A DNA stretch of 64,000 nucleotides from Trichoplax adhaerens. Its lineage: Eukaryota > Animalia > Placozoa. Below are positions 15,042 to 29,219 of this stretch, one piece after another (within the stretch, counting starts at the first letter, position 1; each line of letters opens with the position of its first letter). The notes beneath the pieces are model-generated. The model did no database searches and was not told the DNA's origin. It was given only the letters and a program-made list of their open reading frames with translations. The DNA lies in the NCBI RefSeq assembly GCF_000150275.1, contig NW_002060946.1, positions 96,678-160,677 on the forward strand, given 5' to 3'. The position numbers and the translations under genes are program-made.

Positions 15042-17146
15042 ATGTTACAGTCTTTATCCACTGCAAATATAGTTTTTGCTTCCATTAACTTAATAGTACT
15101 AACGTTTGGTGTAAGTGGAAACGCTATCCTCATAGGTTACTACCTTTTACGACGAAAGAAGCTACACGTTATCGATATTGAAATACTAAATTTGGTTTTC
15201 TCTGACTTGGGCTACCTTATTTTCAGGTAATAATTAGAGTACATTATATATCGATTTAACATTCGAGCACGCTCAGCTAATTACTTCATGGCTTGATTTC
15301 GTTATTAAATTGCAATTAGTCAACTATTTTCTGGAAAATATGTTATCTTAGTACAATAAAGAGTAAACTAGAAATAAGAGTATCCTACTCTCATATCAGC
15401 CATAATTTATCCTTACTTGGAATAGAATAGTCGGTTATATAGTTGCTTCAGAGTAATTTCAAAGTGTACGCGGAAATATAATAGTCTTTATTGCCCCTCG
15501 GTCTATAGACAATTAATGCCCCTAATTTTAGTTTGATTTTATTTATATACCTATTTCGAATCATAAATGATCAGGTAACCATTAAACACTGTTATAATCA
15601 TCCTAGCAAATGACCAAATTACGATCCATACAGTTTATAAACCAATGGCATCATAGCATAACGTACTATTCGGTCTAGAAGAATTTTCTATCATTTACTA
15701 TAAAAACTTTTAATTATCAGAATATCATAACCGTATATACTGAACAAGTATATTGGTAACTATTAACTGCTGCTATCGATCACATTATTGACTTAATATC
15801 TCCAACAAAAATTTTTTATAACAGTTCTTGCAAGCATACCCTGAATAATGTAGATAATATACTTTATTTTCAACCAAATTAGCCTTATGTGGGTCATTAT
15901 ACTTTATAGGTCATTCCAAATTCATTCTTTAATAGCCTGAATTTTATTACTTTAGATGAATAAATGGAACATGATAACAATACAGTTAATTCCTTCGCGC
16001 TAGATTTTTATTCTTAAAGCATAAGATTTCCTTACAGTCATTGTGAAATTTTACAATTTGAAATAAAAGGCTTATGTATAAAATTAAAATTAATTATCAA
16101 ACCTTATTTTTACAATCACTGATAACATTTTATTTATCAAATTACTGTAGTAAATCAGTATACAGTATGCTAATAACACAGCGAAAGCTTTCTTTACAAT
16201 TTCATTAATGCTATTTTTAAACATACCTAAGTATTTAAATATGGAATAACCTTAACAGGATATCTTCAATTAATTAAATTAAATCTTTTTCTAAACTAAT
16301 AGCTGTATGTACTCTATATTGGGATACTTTTCGAGCGGCCGTCCAATTTTCACTGAATCTTCATCAGGCTGCCGTTACTTCTTTCTGCCGATTGCTATCT
16401 TCAGTCAAACAACATCACTGCTTATGGTCTTAATTGCGCTGACACGTTATGCAAAAATCGTCCATCCTAACTCTTTCCATTCTTTCTTTACCAAGAAGAA
16501 TATCATTGTGATGATGACGTGCATATGGTGTCTTGGAATGATTATGCCTTCGCTTTCAGTCCATGGTAAATGGGGCAATATGGCTTACTTCAATTCAACT
16601 GGACTATGCGCAATTACTTATCAACCTCATCAATCTTTGGCTAATTTATCATTTTTAATTACTACTATATTATGTAATTATTACTTGCCGTTTTTGACTA
16701 TATGCTTTTGCTACGTCAGTATTAGCAAAGCAAATAGTCAAAGTCAGCGTAATATACTTAGTCATAGTCAACCCTCACGCTTAGGTAGTATTTCCAGTAT
16801 AAGCCATTTGCTACGCAAAGCAGACACTTTGCAATTAAATACATCGATATCGATTATTTGCATTATTTATTTACTCTCATATGCGCCTTACTTTATCTGT
16901 CATTCTATCCAGTTAGCTGGATGGATAACTATTAATTCATATCAAAAAAATTTTTTATTCGTTATTATGAGTATTAACAGCTTTAGTAATCCTGTGATAT
17001 TCACAATTATAAAATGTAGAGGTAAAAAACAGCAAAACATTAAATCCAGCACTTTACACAGTTTTAAAACTACTATCACATCGGATAATGCAAAAACTTC
17101 TATCGATATTCGATCAACAACGATGGCTAATACACCAATTGCATAA
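15042..17146 (+). CDS. Class A (rhodopsin-like) orphan GPCR, 2 exons, ~342 aa
   Basis: Exon 1 15042-15226 (TM1 GVSGN, TM2 ILNLVFSD; phase-2 donor AG|GTAA); exon 2 16303-17146 (TM3 ending IALTRY, ECL2 Cys TGLC, TM5 YYLPF, TM6 SYAPY, TM7 NSFSNPVIF). Joined length 1029 nt, in frame. Confidence 0.9.
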
Positions 17147-20100
17147 TTCAACGTAATACTAATAAAAAATTTACTTTTATGGCCTTTTATTGTCATATTT
17201 GATATAATTGTTTGACTATCAAATTGATAAATTTCCTTTCTGAGAAGAGGTTAAATATTATTGTAACTCCTTTGATAACATATTGATTTTTATAGGAAGT
17301 CCAATAAAAGAAGTGTTTATAATCAAACGCAGTTCATTATTTGTGTCAATTTGGAATAGATAATAAGTAAGAACCAATTGATTGATGCTATGGCAATCTA
17401 GGATTTAATTAATGCAATAGAATTTGCTGACATTGTGATAGAAACAGAGATATCACTACTAAATATGTAAAATCCATCTCAAACGAACTATACAACGGAT
17501 GCGGATCATCATTTATAAATTTTAAAATGATTTACATTGTCAGACAATTCATAGTTTTTTACTATCCTGCTAAGATGTAGTGGTATTCCCAATATTATGA
17601 AATACTTTAATTTAGCTATCATTGAGAGGATTTTTCTTATTGTATTCTCATAATCATATTTTCGTATTGATAGTATTTATAAAAAGTATCAGCATAAAGC
17701 TCTTACGTTGTTACCATGTATAAGCGTACACGGTAAATAGACTAGAATCAACCATTGAGTAGTTAAAACAAATTTCTAGGTCACAACTTCTTAACGTCGA
17801 AATTTTGTAATATTTTTGAATCGTTTGGTTTACGAATCTAATTATTTTAGTTTTTCCCGTAGTTATACTTAGTCGGAGTGGGGTTACAGAACACTACTGT
17901 ACCAGCTAATACCATTAATGCGATATTATAGCTCACATTGAAAATGGGTTCTATTTTACATATCAAACCTACGAAAGACTGTATAAGCTACATTCTGTTC
18001 ATCATCCTAGTACGATAAGTTATTATCAAAGTTTATCAACCACGCCTCTTCTTTGTAAAATTTCTTTCTTATTCTTTTCTGTATAGAAATTTAAAGCGAC
18101 TTGACATACGACGAAAGCGCCCATTTCTGGGAGCTACTATCGCATCCAAAATGAAAGAAGTCTATTTTATTTCGATATTTTTTCTGGTAATACGGTATTT
18201 AATAATTATGAAATTATGCCTTACTGGCTAACCAAGTTAAATATTATAGTAATATTAATCTGCAATAGCTAATTTTATAGTCTTATGTTGTAATTATTGT
18301 TTAGATCTCCTCGTCTGTTATGTTTTTGCATTTTGAAATATAATTTACAATGATGCTATTGCATAATAAGATTAAAGTGAAAGTAAAAACGAGATTGATA
18401 AACACCATCCAGTTCCAAATGTCAGCATGATAGTAAATTTAATATTTTACCAGGGCAATTAAAGCAAGATAAGGATAAACGGTGCAGATATTTGTCATAG
18501 ATTATGAAAGCATCTATGGTAAGATTATTTGAATTTTTAAAACTTTTGTATTATAAGGAGTAAATTTCTATATTGAACAGTTTCTTTCACTTCCTAGTCA
18601 ATTTCTAGATGAAAGGAAAATAAACTATTTACTTAAAATGATTTACCCTTGGCATGTGTACGCTTGAAACTATGAGTACCCAGTCATTATATAAATTGAA
18701 ACTCCGTAGTTAGATAAAATAGATAATCATTTTGCTTATGTAACTGTCCAACGTTATCCTTGCTATTATCAATTTATCACTGTATAAGAAACTATACAAG
18801 TAGTAACCTTAATTTGCTATTAAACGACCCATATATTTATTCCACAAATAGATTTATCATTTAATTAGTTTATTCCATCTAGCATTCAGGTTATTCCTAT
18901 AGATCGTCTCTCTTGGAATGTCGAAGATAACAATACAGCGAATAGAGCTCAATTAAATAAAATTTCATTAAAGTAAGGGTGCCAATAAATTCCACCGAAC
19001 AATTGTATGCTGTAATTTTAATTTACCTTGTTACAAAAACTCAATAAACAATAGCCAGCACGAAAATAATTAGTATGGAAATTTCTCCACTAAACCAAGT
19101 AATATTTAGTAATGACCTTTATTATCATGAATTTAAATTATAATCTATTTTATAAAAGACAATTATCTTGTCAAGCCATATCATAAATGAATCACTGACA
19201 AGGTTTAGTCATGAACAAAGCATTTTAAATGCACTTTGATCATTCCAATGAATTTCCAACTCGTACATCATAGAGGTATTGCAATAAATTCAATCTGACA
19301 AAACTACCATAACGTAAATTGCCTCAACCATCAATTTGGCATGAAGTGAACAATTTCAAATTATTTTATTAAAAAACTGCTTGACCATTGGATTGGTATT
19401 GTTCAATTATCTTATCAACTTCAAAACAGTTTTCATATTATAGAATATGCAGATGTTTCGGTAGACATGGCAATTAATTACCCATATGAATAATTCAGTT
19501 ATGTTAATAATTTATTATTTTGGACAGGCTGATGCAACGTTAAGGTTACTGAATTATAAGATGAAAAGTTGAAACTGACTTAATTTTGTTTGATATGCTC
19601 CAATACATAATATAAATAAAAGGCATAGTAGACTGATATAATTGTGATATTCTAGTAGATGATTATCAAGTATCTCAAGAGAGTACTAACAAACATCCCC
19701 ATTCTAGAAATTAGACGGAAATTTGATTTTCTACCAAATGAAATAATTTCTAGACGGTCAAAAATAATATCATATTGTATCGCTAGCTATTATGACTGTA
19801 AAATCAAAATGCTCCCATATATATAAAATATAGGAATTCAATATTAAAACGAGATGATCTTCTCTGGTAAACATTATGAAATTTGAATAACTTAATGTGG
19901 AAGAAATGATAGAAACAGTAAATTTACTTTTTTTTGTATGATTTTCTTTCGTATACATTTTATGCATATACCAAGACTATAATAATTACTCCTGAAAGCT
20001 TAGCTTTAGGGAGCACTTCTTATCGAAAACTTAAAATAAGCCTGTAACTTACTATGTTCAGTCACCAGTATTACTTTTAAAGCGCAACATTTTAGATTAT

Positions 20101-22457
20101 TTCGTAACGCTTATAAATCAGAGAAATTGTTCAGAAATAGTAATTCCTTGATGAGTCTTAGGTAAAATTGTATTTTAACAGTTTATGCTTCAATAATTAC
20201 AAACAAAACAATGTTAGATCATCAATACAAGTTAAATAGCATAATGAATGCGTAAACTGCCTTAAATTGCGGATTCCATAAGTAATAGACGTCGATCCTG
20301 AAACTACGTGATCACAATGGAAGACTTGACTAGACTATTTTAGAGCATCTTTCAATTATTTATGTTCAAATATAAACAAACTTATAAGCATGCGATACAT
20401 AATCAATAGCCGCATTATTGAATTTACTAGCTTAATTCGTACACACGACGTGAGAATGATGTTTTTTATATCAGTCGATGACAGCTATCTAAAATGTGTT
20501 ATTGCAAGTAAATGCATATATTTCGAGTTTATGGACAATTACTGATTAATTAATTAGCGACAGTATAGCACTTCTAATTAAATGTCATCAAATATCTTAT
20601 TAGACCTACTATACTTATAGCATCGAATAAAATAGCAAATAATAATCACCAAGAAGTAATAAATAGCTATAGCATACCAGCAGATTATTCCTGCATAATT
20701 AATTATATATAACTAACTGGTATACATGAATTAAAAAGAGGGTGGATTTACTACAAGTAACATTGCAATATCAAGTAAACAAAAACAGAAAGGGTATGAC
20801 TTGTTGTAGTTACGTAAGTTTAGCTCTGAAGCTGAATTCTTAATTAGTGGCGAAACTAGCTTAACATCTTGTCGCTTCGCTGACAGAGGTACAGCACTAC
20901 AGTTAAAAGTTAGCTTTGCTATACTTTTTCTGTACTTTAGATTGACTATCGTCCCCGTGGAATATTTAAGAATCTAATTATTCGATCGTAATTTATATAA
21001 AACTGCAAATGTAGTGTAAAATTTGAGTTTATACGGTTTGGTGTAAGGCTCAAATTGCGATGCTGATGTATTTCTACGGTACTGCAATCGCAAATTTGAA
21101 AATTATTATTCCTATATAATGTAAAACTTTCGTCTCAGTCCAGTAAGAGACACTTAATTAATTCACTTCTCGCTTGTAAATTCGACTACAATAGACACCA
21201 ACCCGTCTCTATGTTGAAACTTTATTTTATTTCATTTCTATGATACTATGATTCACTTCCGGAATTGAGCAGGATGTCGCATATAGTAATATAGCTATAA
21301 ATAGTATGGTATATTTCCTTTTGTGTAACCTGTATTAGTATTAAATATTATATCATCGATAACTAATTATAATATGCTATGAAATATCAATTACAGACAG
21401 AAGTCGTAGCGATAGAGATAGAGTTGCTTGTTATGAGACTAAGGTTAAATATGTGTATTCTCATAGATATTTTTTAGAAGCTGAATTATTCTAACGTGAG
21501 AAAGTTAAACAGATATGTTTATTCCATTGCACAATCGATAAGGCTCCTTTTAGTTAATATAAACTCAAGACTCGCATGAACAGCTTATAAATAAGGAACA
21601 TATAAAACACCGTAAAAACTTCTAACTTTAGCAATGAATTAGTTATTCTGCATTCGCCTCGATAACCGTCGTAACTTAATAGTAGCCTATAAGCGATTGC
21701 AACTAAAACGAGCCCTTATTACAATATAAAATTTTTTAGCCTGCTCTAGCCTAAAAAAATGCTTAAAATGTATGAGGCGAAAGTTAGATTAGTTATCTAC
21801 AGTAATATCAATATCCGATCGATAATTTATAATCGTGGCTAATATAATTTAATAAATAAAATTCTTCTTCACCTACAGACTAATTCAATAACTAATAATT
21901 CTTATATGATTTTTATCAAGTTAATACCTTTCACCTAAAGTATTTCTACTAAACTTTATAAGTATTTTCATCAACTAGCACATTTCTTCTAGTAAATTAC
22001 ATTTCTAATTATTTAAGCTTGATAACTTGACAATTTTAAGCAATTTTACCGCATCAGTCTCACCCAAATTAAGTTAGACCGCTCTATACATAATTTAAAC
22101 TAGCTTGCTAAAATTACGGTTTGGGGAGTGTCTACAGCAAAACAAAGATTTTCATGTCCTCGATATCATTACGCAGATGAACGTTAAGCAGATTCAATCT
22201 AGATCAAATCTAAATCGATTTCATCAAATTTTAGTCTGGTTAATTTATTATTGATTGCAAAATTAATCTTATTTTGTTTCGAAGTTTTAATTAAACAAAA
22301 ACGACAATAATTACAATTATAAAGACACTTTGGCTATTTTACCATTGCTTCAGTTAGCAGTCTTTAATTGAGAAAGCTTACACGAACTCGCTATGTAGTA
22401 TTAATCTTTATGGTTTCTTTGTACGAAATAATCTTTGAGAAAGCCTACATGAATTCG

Positions 22458-25400
22458 TTATGTAGCATTAATCTTTACAGCTTCTTTGCACGGAATAACC
22501 CTATGGTTCCTGCCAAGTCTTGGAAATTGTCTTTTCTTGCTGACCATCTTACGTTTATAATATGTACTAGCAAATATTAGAGGATTGCTGAAACTATTTA
22601 TGCTAATAAGGAGGACGGAAAAATTTTTAACCAGCGAATCGGTAACTTGTGTAGCACCAGCTAATTCCATAATATGGTAAATAGCAAATGGAGCATAGGA
22701 GATTAAGTAAACAATGCAAATGGCGGTAATAGAAGCATTTAGATAGCGGGTATCTGTTCTTCTTGTCATAAGGTTAGATTGAGGATTTAAACTATTGCTA
22801 CTTGATAACTGACAATGTTGTAAGAGACTGCGTTGACTTAGAGAATAGGCTCTGCTAATTCTAATGTAGCAGTAGGACATGATAACAAATGGCAAGTAGT
22901 AACATACCCCAATGGATAAGGCCAGAAAGGAAATGTGAAGCGGATGCTGGCCTGCTCTGTAACTTACGACACAAAGGCCCGTTGAATTATAGTACATCAT
23001 TTGACCCCATGAATTGGTCACAGTAAAAGCCGGAATTGTACATCCCATACACCATATAAGAGTAATCATGATCAAGATCCTTCTTCTGGTACAATATACA
23101 CGGTAAGTATTTTGATGGACAATACTAATATATCTTGTTATTGCAATAAAAACCATGAGAAATGATGTAGTGCGTCCAAAAATTGAAATAGGTAAAAAGA
23201 AAATTCGACACCCTAATGTATTTGTCGGGAATATCCTTCTGCCGTTTGAGAGTATTCCAAGGATGGACAAAGTACAACTATATGAATATATAAAATCAAA
23301 TTTTTTCCGTTATTAAGTGCATGATTAAGTAAAATGCGTATTTAAAATCCTTAGGTTTTAATAAATGTAGAGTAATTTTACAATCATTCCGTTCACTAGT
23401 TGACACATCATCATTTTATTATAAATAGGTATCTGTAAAGTATGATACAGACAGAATTTCAAAATCTGATTGATCGTAAGTGCAAAGAAGCCTCATTACT
23501 GGGCTTTACACAAGTAGATGATTTCAAAACTACTTTTAGTCTATTCACAACATTGTAATGGTATTTTTAATTTACTGTTAGCTAAGTTTGATATATTCCA
23601 GTGTCCTAATGTAGGACACTAAATCAATTAATCATATGCTGTACGTAGCTTAGCATTTACAATAAAATAATTAATAGATTTAAACAGAAAGATAGATTTT
23701 TAACGTCGATGATTTAACTAGATTTAAGTAATATGCATTTACTAAATATTTAATAATTCAACTCTAACATCTGAATTAATATTTTTTAATTAGTCAAGTT
23801 TGATTTAGATTGCATGAGTAAGTATCATAGCTTGGCACTACAACAATAGAGTCAATTAATGCAAACATAAAGACGGATTTCAATAGACCCATAGCTACGG
23901 TGGTAAATTACTAATTATTTAAATTAATACCCAAACTGCTGCTATTCATGACAATTGCAGCCAGTGCCCTTAAAAGTTGACCCGAGAGATCCTGGAGAGC
24001 TTATTAAGCATAATAATGAATTAACTATATGCTACAATTAAACTATTTCTAGTGCTATTTTTTTTTGTAAACAAAATATGTGGATGATCAATACACGGTC
24101 AATTATGCTGCACGTAAATATAGATCATTTCATCTGAACTACGTCTGGATCAATTAAACGGTTGAGAGGAATATTACCGTTATGTCAAACTACGAGTATT
24201 TTTCATTGCAATATTTCCAACCGATTTAATTTGTTGCTAGTGGATTAAATTTTAGCATGTTTATTGATCATATAATTGGACCTTATTTATTGGATTTTTT
24301 CAAGAAGTGCAGTATGCCACTAATGATAAATTTAAAATGAACAATAAAAAGTCTAATTTAAATTATCATAACTAACTCTTTTCAAGATCAGTATTGACAA
24401 TACAAAGTCAGATCAATTTTGAGCCTTATTCCAAGTATCACTTCTCCAATCTCGAGTATTATCCAGAGCAAAATTCTCACTACCAATATTAGGTCTTGAA
24501 AATTTAATGAATAAAAGAAATTAATTAATCTATTTTTTCCTTCATGGCATTTTCCTTTGCACACACTTAATTGGAAAATATGCTCAGTGCAGAAATTAAC
24601 AGCTCTAATATGTATTGATAGCTTATTTTTACTTGCAAAGTTGAATTAATTTAAATTTACTATCGATACCTTCGCAGACTATGCATTAGATACTAACACA
24701 TCATGAGTACAACAAACGGTAATAATGGCCAGTTTTCCGTTCCTTTCATCCTTGTAAGCTAGCAGGTGTTTACTGAAGCCAGGCATAATAATTATTGGAA
24801 TCCTTCTAACCATATAAGGAATGGGCCTACGAGTATATTACCAGACATTGAACTCTTCTTTTCAAAGTCTACAATTTGTATTCCTTTTCACTTAAAGTAT
24901 TATTATGCGCCATTGCAAGCTATCTCGTAAATACTTTATAGTAATTTTACCATCTACATGATTTGAAATGATTATGGTAATCGATTATAACATTAGCTGT
25001 TAACGAAGAAACAGTCCCGTTGAAATTGTATGCAGGTTTTTATTTTTGCCATCTGATAAGTTACCGTATATATTATCTACAGTATAAACTATACGAAATA
25101 GAGTTATTGCTACGATTTCTTACCTATGAAAGACTACTTTTACAGTATCCAGTAGTCTGAATAAACCTCATTTTAAAAGTTGTAGTTACACACTATTAAA
25201 GCGGTCAGCTTTTAATTGCGAGAATCGAGGTGAAAACTGTCTCCTTGAATGGACACCAATCAATTATAAATAGTAGACTTCAATAAACCAATTTTTGTCT
25301 ATAACAATTTTACAGTGCAGAAATATTACCGTAGCCGAGAGCTTTGTTCTTCATTTGTATTATTCTTGCGGATCACCTTGACATGGTGATCAACAGAATT

Positions 25401-28316
25401 TTTAGCATTATTATCGTCATTATTAAGACATCATCTTTGAAATTCTTGGGCATTGTACATCTACCCAGTTGTAAATATTACTGGATGAATAATTATGGTG
25501 GAATCTCGGCCAATTCATGCATGAAATTTATGCCACTAAAACAACACTGTCACATGCTAGTATGCAGTCAGTGAAGTTATTTGGGCTGATCGAGAATATA
25601 ATTTTTATAATTTAGTCGACATCGTTGGAAATTAGTCGTGCAACCTCGACAAATACTGCTGATAAATAATCAATCCGATATAGATGGAAGTGTACTTATC
25701 TTCTTGGTAGGGTAGTTATTAGTTATTACTTCATTTCATAAATGACATTTTGATAGTTGTNNNNNNNNNNNNNNNNNNNNNNNNNNNNNNNNNNNNNNNN
25801 NNNNNNNNNNTACTGTCAATAAAATTATAATATTACTAGATGGGCAACCACACTTTGGCGATTTGAAACTTATTCTAGATTTTTGTTTAAAAATATAAAA
25901 AAATTTTGTATATAATTATAAATATGGCGCATGAAATTAGCTATCTTATCTGAGTTTAAGATTAACATTTTTTATCCTCCTCTTGTCTGCATAAACTGTA
26001 TGCATCAAGTAAGAGCATTGATTCCTATTATTTAGTTCGAATCTTATAATAGATTTAAGAAGTAATTTTCGGCCTTCAAAAGGAAACTAAATCAAATTCC
26101 TACCTAATGATTTGTAAAATTTGTATACTTAAATATCTATTTATTAGAACTGCTCAGAGTAATCTACCATACGGGTTAATTACATCCTATGGTCTGTAAA
26201 ACAAAGCTGAAATAAAAAATGCTAAAATTACAGAATGGTATATATAAGTATTGCAATTTATCACTGATTTTTATAAGTTTTACATAGGTATTGTCTCATT
26301 CAGATATAACTCTTTTTTTAAATTTGTGGTCATAGCTTACTAAATATCAGCAATAGCTGCTGAAACCAGTTGTCTAAGTAAACTATAGTTTTAGATGCTA
26401 GATGAAATTTTGATCCTCAAATTCATATAAATTCGACTTTACTGACTTTTAAATGTAATAATTTCCTATACTTTTCATTTACAATCCTTGACAATTTTTA
26501 AAATGTCATTAATACGATCATGATATTAAATTATTTGAGGAGATAGTTTCATGATTCTTAAACTGCTGGATAGTACAGTATTTAGAACTATTGACTTCAA
26601 CCGACACCACACAAGGACCATAGTTCAAAATATTCCGGTAGCCTGCAAATACGACTTGAAAGGTGCGTTTTCTTTAACTTTGTCGACTACGTGTATCTGA
26701 GATCTTATAATAAAGTTATTTACAACAAAGAAGCTTATAATATCTCATTATACTTTCATTTAAGAAATTTTATAACGGCTACTCCAGATTATGATGCAAT
26801 ATTTAGTTGGAACTGATTAACAACTTCTTTGCTTATGATTTCACGGAATCGAAATCATTACGAGATCGCTGAACATGAAAGATAGTATAACTAATTAAGT
26901 ATTTACTTGGGCAAGGTACAATGGCAGCAAAATGTTATGAACTGACGACTTTCAAATTATTTATCTGTGAGGGATTATGGTACTATGACGAATTTTTACT
27001 TAATTTTAGATCAAGGAATCACGTCTAAAGGAATTTGAATTGCTGCTGTTGACCGATCTATTACTAAATTCCAATTTTTTTCGATTTTAAACTACGAATT
27101 AGTCTAGATTTAATCCCACCCATAGATATCCTTTACTTATAACAATTTCATTTCTAAAATATATACAGTGATATATATTTAGATAATTAAACGAATTTAT
27201 CGGAAAAGTAATTCTATATTCTTAAATACACAATGTTCGATATTGAATTCTTTGCACATCTAAGATAAAATAAATATGAAAGTGTCAATGTATTTTATGC
27301 GCCTATAATTTGTTATTAATTCTATATTGCTGAACAACTACGTAATTGAGAATGTAATTAATACAAGGCAAAAGGTGATAATTACGATATTGGAAAATGA
27401 AAATCCAAATGGACTATTTTAAATGATCATAAATTATTGCATAGAAGAAAATATGCCTTGACACAGAGTACGTTAAATATATATACTGTATCGGTTACTT
27501 AAAATTATCAAGTGTTCAGTGATATATAGTTGACAAAATCCCACAAAATATCACTATATGATTACTATGCAAATAAAATGAGACGTTTCACCAACTCGAT
27601 ATTTTATGTGGTGTATCGTAACGATAACTACCTTACAAACTAATCAAAGTTAAAGATGGTGTCCTAAACTACAGCTACGAAAGCCATCAAATGTGAAGTA
27701 AACAAGTTTTTCCACTTGTTACGGTGGAAAATGTTCTTATTTGCATTAGAGCTTGCACTATGTCATAGGCTCTGATTGATATGATTATTCACATTTTATA
27801 ATATTAGCTACAAACAACGTCGAATGAAGTTATCGCTAAGACTACATGAAAATCTTTTCTGCACATTCATCGGTTGCAACATGATTTATAATTTTGGTGA
27901 AAATTTCTCGCCTCAGCATAATACTCATTTTCAATTATTAAAATTATATACTGGTACTTATGCTAAACTATGTTTCAAAAAGTCATTGAGTCTTTACTTT
28001 TCCGGTATAGACCTAATTCTGAGGTAAGAATGGCAACTTCACCATATCAACTTTAAAATTACGCGGAGATACAATTCAATTACTTCTACTTCGTTTACCT
28101 AGAAATAACGAAGCCAAGATCTGATATAGCCAAGTTTAATATTTCTAAATGCAAAATTTTTCGTTCTTTTAGTCGCAATAAAATGCATACAAGACAAGTA
28201 TTACCAACAACGCCAATTATTAAAAAACTTGTATTAGTTATTACAGAAATGATAACCATGATAGTCGAGTTGGCGCCATGTGGCACTTTGAAGTTCGAAT
28301 TAGTAAAATTGCCCAT
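22458..28316 (-). CDS. Class A orphan GPCR, paralogue of 15042-17146, 2 exons, ~345 aa
   Basis: Exon 1 28316-28099 (GVVGN, ILNLAISD; phase-2 donor); exon 2 23277-22458 (IAITRY, NSTGLC, YYLPF, SYAPF, NSFSNPLIF). Same intron position as the paralogue; 1038 nt in frame. The 4.8-kb intron spans an assembly gap. Confidence 0.85.
23986..25760 (+). repeat. Copy 1 of ~1.78-kb direct duplication
   Basis: From gagatcctggagagc... to ...ttttgatagtt, near-identical to 29220-30996; truncated by the N gap. Duplicated ORF calls 25344-25574 and 30582-30812 agree. Confidence 0.95.
25761..25810. other. Assembly gap (50 N)
   Basis: Run of n characters. Confidence 1.
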
Positions 28317-29219
28317 TCGTAATACTTTCCAACGTATAGTTGACGGATTATTTCTATATCAAAATTATTTGCTGGATTGTCTGTTATGTCATATTCCAAG
28401 GTATGTGGTTGATGCTACCCTTAAATTCATTACCTTTAGAGGAAAAAATATTGATAAATCAAGCTGGACGGAAGTGAAAGTTTGCAACCATCATATATGA
28501 ATACCTTAAATATTGCAAATATATAATCAGAATAGTTCTGGTTATCCAAATATTAACTTTTTTACTATGTACCGAAAAGCATACGTGAATTGAGCAAATA
28601 TGACAATTAATAAATATAATAGGTAGTGAGAATTTCAAGAAATGTACCGAGAGTTATACTGTACTGCTAGGCTAGAGTAGATAAGCAGTTATCTGTCATT
28701 AAAATTTCATTAATTTAAAATCTATTACAAAATAACAATATATTATATTAAACTACAGTATGGTGTTGTATTTATGCTATTTTTTCGGAAAAAAGGAACG
28801 ATAATAATAGTGTTAAATTTTTTCTTTTAGTCTTGATGAAAAGACTTTGTGTGTTGAGCTGTCATTTTACTTTACTTGAGAGTTTGTCATCTAAACCTGC
28901 TAAATTATACTAACATCCACATGGTGGCACTGATTCCATTTGTTTTCCTATTAGACACTTTAAAGGATATTGGACAATGTGGCAATAGAAACTTCATTAT
29001 AGAAATTACTTTAGCAAATCAATGAACTAGTAAACAAATATCGGTCCTATAATAATAGCATCGACCGGATGTTTCGAAGTACATTTGTAAATTTTAACTG
29101 CTGCAATGAATTAAATAAATTCAACTTTTTTCAGACTAATACTTTGCTCTCTTATTATATTCTACTTTCCGTTCTTTGTCGGCCTGGTCATTAATATTCA
29201 AATAGATAGTGGAGCCAGT

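Noticed and set aside
16940-17010. Opsin identity for the GPCR pair
   Set aside because: The position equivalent to retinal-binding Lys296 (six residues before the NP Asn) is Ser in both receptors.
25344-25574. Duplicated 76-aa ORF (also 30582-30812)
   Set aside because: TTG start, no domain; its recurrence only reflects the DNA duplication.
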